Source: a virus
Reading direction: 5' to 3' (one strand)
DNA length: 40,997 nt
Virus record (IMG/VR): IMGVR_UViG_3300009787_000003
Span: 1 to 40,997 of that record
This document shows positions 39,528 through 40,997 of the stretch, in pieces. The notes under the pieces were generated by a model that was not told the origin of the DNA, did not search any database, and saw only the letters and a list, made by a program, of their open reading frames with translations. How positions within the stretch are numbered: the stretch's first letter is position 1; each line of letters opens with the position of its first letter. A program made the translations under genes and the position numbers.

Positions 39528-40464
39528 TCCGACCGCCAATAACACGATCGTTCCGCTGAATAGCAGGACGCAAATCGTCAATGCTGACGGGACGCCGACG
39601 CTATTTTTTCAGCGTTGGGCACAAGAGCGCTCGATTGATATTTCTGGCGGTATCACCTATGATCAATTGGTCGAAATTCTGACGATCGTGCCAGATCCGA
39701 CAGGATCTTACACGACCGCAAATATCACGGTCAACGAATACGGCCAGATCGTCGCGGCGGAAAATGGCACGTCGGGAGCTCCCCTCGAAGTCACAGACGG
39801 TACTACGACTGAAAGCGACGTGACGACGCTAACTTTTGCTGGGGCTGTTGTTTCGACCACGGGAACCGGTGAAGCTACGGTGACAATTGACCAAGTAACC
39901 GAAGGCGGCATTCCCGTTAATTCTATTATTGCAGGAACCGGAATTTCTTTAACAAACACAGTAGGTGTTTTGACTATCGCCATAAATAGCGGAGACGATC
40001 CAGTGTTGATTAAATCTTATACCGCCGCTGGCGGAGAAACATATTTTGATTTTTTATCAATTCCAGGGACATTTACTGATCTTGAATTAACTTTTCTAGG
40101 TCAATTAACGGCTACGGATGCGGTAGGTATTTATTTCAATGGAGACTATACAGATAGTCATTATAGTGGTTATTCATTTAATCATTATGGAAATGGAATA
40201 AATGTTAATCTGGCATCTTTGGCAAGTTGCTCAGGTGTTGCTGGGTATTCATGCTCGGGTAATCAACGTATCCCTGCATACACTGCAAATCATAATAAAC
40301 AGGGTAACGGACTATACAATTTTTGGTCAAACACAGACATATTTAATGCTTTTCAAAGTCTTGTGTGGGAAACTGGGGGAACCGCATCTATTACATCAAT
40401 TCGGGTATATGCCCGATCAGGTGCTTTTGAAGCTGGATCTGTAGTTTCTTTGTTTGCCTATTGA
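39520..40464 (+). CDS. tail fibre / receptor-binding protein with AT-rich C-terminal module
   Basis: The N-terminus IVNADGTPTLFFQRWAQ resembles tail-fibre anchor motifs, followed by Thr/Gly-rich beta repeats. Composition drops sharply in GC from about 39930 to the stop. Confidence 0.65.
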   Translation: MTDPTANNTIVPLNSRTQIVNADGTPTLFFQRWAQERSIDISGGITYDQLVEILTIVPDPTGSYTTANITVNEYGQIVAAENGTSGAPLEVTDGTTTESDVTTLTFAGAVVSTTGTGEATVTIDQVTEGGIPVNSIIAGTGISLTNTVGVLTIAINSGDDPVLIKSYTAAGGETYFDFLSIPGTFTDLELTFLGQLTATDAVGIYFNGDYTDSHYSGYSFNHYGNGINVNLASLASCSGVAGYSCSGNQRIPAYTANHNKQGNGLYNFWSNTDIFNAFQSLVWETGGTASITSIRVYARSGAFEAGSVVSLFAY

Positions 40465-40565
40465 CAGGAGCGGTGACGTTGGGTTAACCCTTCGATGTTC
40501 CCGCCGCCTCTGTGCGCTTTCAGATTCAGCCCCTACGGGAAAATAGGGCAATCTGGACATAGGCC

Positions 40566-40964
40566 ATGCGCGCAGAGCAAACCCGTATCATTGAAGCGAT
40601 CAACACAAGCCCTTACAATCGGGGCTTGGACGGTGCAACTTGGCTTCGCAAAACGACCAACCACCCGATCGTGTTCAAAAATGGCGACGTAATGCTGTTC
40701 GAAGATAAAGGCAACCAGATTTTCGACGTGCATTTTCTGTTCGACAAGGCCGGTGGACGCGCTGCGCTCGATCAAGCCAAGATCGGTTTCGGTACGACGT
40801 TCCAACGCGGCGCAATGGCCCTTGTCGGCCTAGTCCCGATCGACAATCGCAAGTGCCGGATCTTTTGCCGGTTGCTAGGCTGTCGCTCTGTGGGCATCCA
40901 TCAAACACCCTTCGGCGCTTGCGAAAAATTCGTGATGACGCGCCAAATGTGGAAAGCAAACTGA
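40566..40964 (+). CDS. 132-aa protein in the P22 gp14 position, possibly GNAT-like fold
   Basis: It directly precedes the three ejection-protein genes across the contig junction. ...KAGGRAALDQAKIGF...NRKCRIFCRLLGCRSVG loosely resembles acetyltransferase-fold motifs. Weak. Confidence 0.5.
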   Translation: MRAEQTRIIEAINTSPYNRGLDGATWLRKTTNHPIVFKNGDVMLFEDKGNQIFDVHFLFDKAGGRAALDQAKIGFGTTFQRGAMALVGLVPIDNRKCRIFCRLLGCRSVGIHQTPFGACEKFVMTRQMWKAN

Positions 40965-40997
40965 CATGGGTTTCCTTAGCAGCGTCTTTGGCGGTTC
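40875..40997. repeat. terminal overlap, identical to 1-123
   Basis: Same 123-nt string as the window start. This indicates a circular or circularly permuted assembly, or a terminal redundancy. Confidence 0.95.

Overview
The window appears to be one complete genome of a tailed dsDNA phage. Bases 1-123 are identical to 40875-40997, so the unit length is 40874 bp and the contig closes on itself. I found no rRNA, tRNA, CRISPR array, integrase or phage RNA polymerase. There are two divergent transcription blocks that start in an AT-rich control region at about 22.85-24.3 kb. The leftward block (22.8 kb down to 6.65 kb, minus strand) has small early genes first. A replication/recombination module follows: Prim-Pol/RecA-type primase-helicase, MerR-like regulator, PAPS-reductase-like PP-loop enzyme, SNF2 helicase, Cas4-like PD-(D/E)XK nuclease, SSB with an acidic tail, family A DNA polymerase and a RuvC-like resolvase. 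Three HNH homing-endonuclease genes are interspersed. The rightward block (23.2 kb through the contig junction to 6.9 kb, plus strand) encodes a KTSC protein, a gp49-like protein and a Cys-rich protein. It then encodes tiny Lys-rich proteins, a large terminase flanked by two paralogous HNH-like genes, and a P22-type morphogenesis set (portal, scaffold, coat, gp10-like and tail proteins, tail fibre). It ends with three ejection/internal proteins, one carrying a lytic transglycosylase domain, and a lysis cassette with a SAR endolysin and embedded spanins. The main second-look items are as follows. (1) A recurrent C-terminal E-Y-D-L tetrapeptide coincides with a conserved GGAGTATGAYYTRTGA stop-start junction. 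(2) A conserved stem-loop element lies in three 5' leaders. (3) AT-rich tracts run from homing-endonuclease genes into the polymerase 5' end and the terminase 3' end. (4) An AT-rich PAPS-reductase-like gene sits inside the replication operon. (5) A 36-bp direct repeat duplicates a gene start around a small insertion. (6) Operator-like repeats are densely packed at the early promoter. (7) Several translationally coupled hydrophobic micro-ORFs fall below the 60-aa track cutoff. All family names come from motif recognition by eye and from memory. No database search or computation was run.
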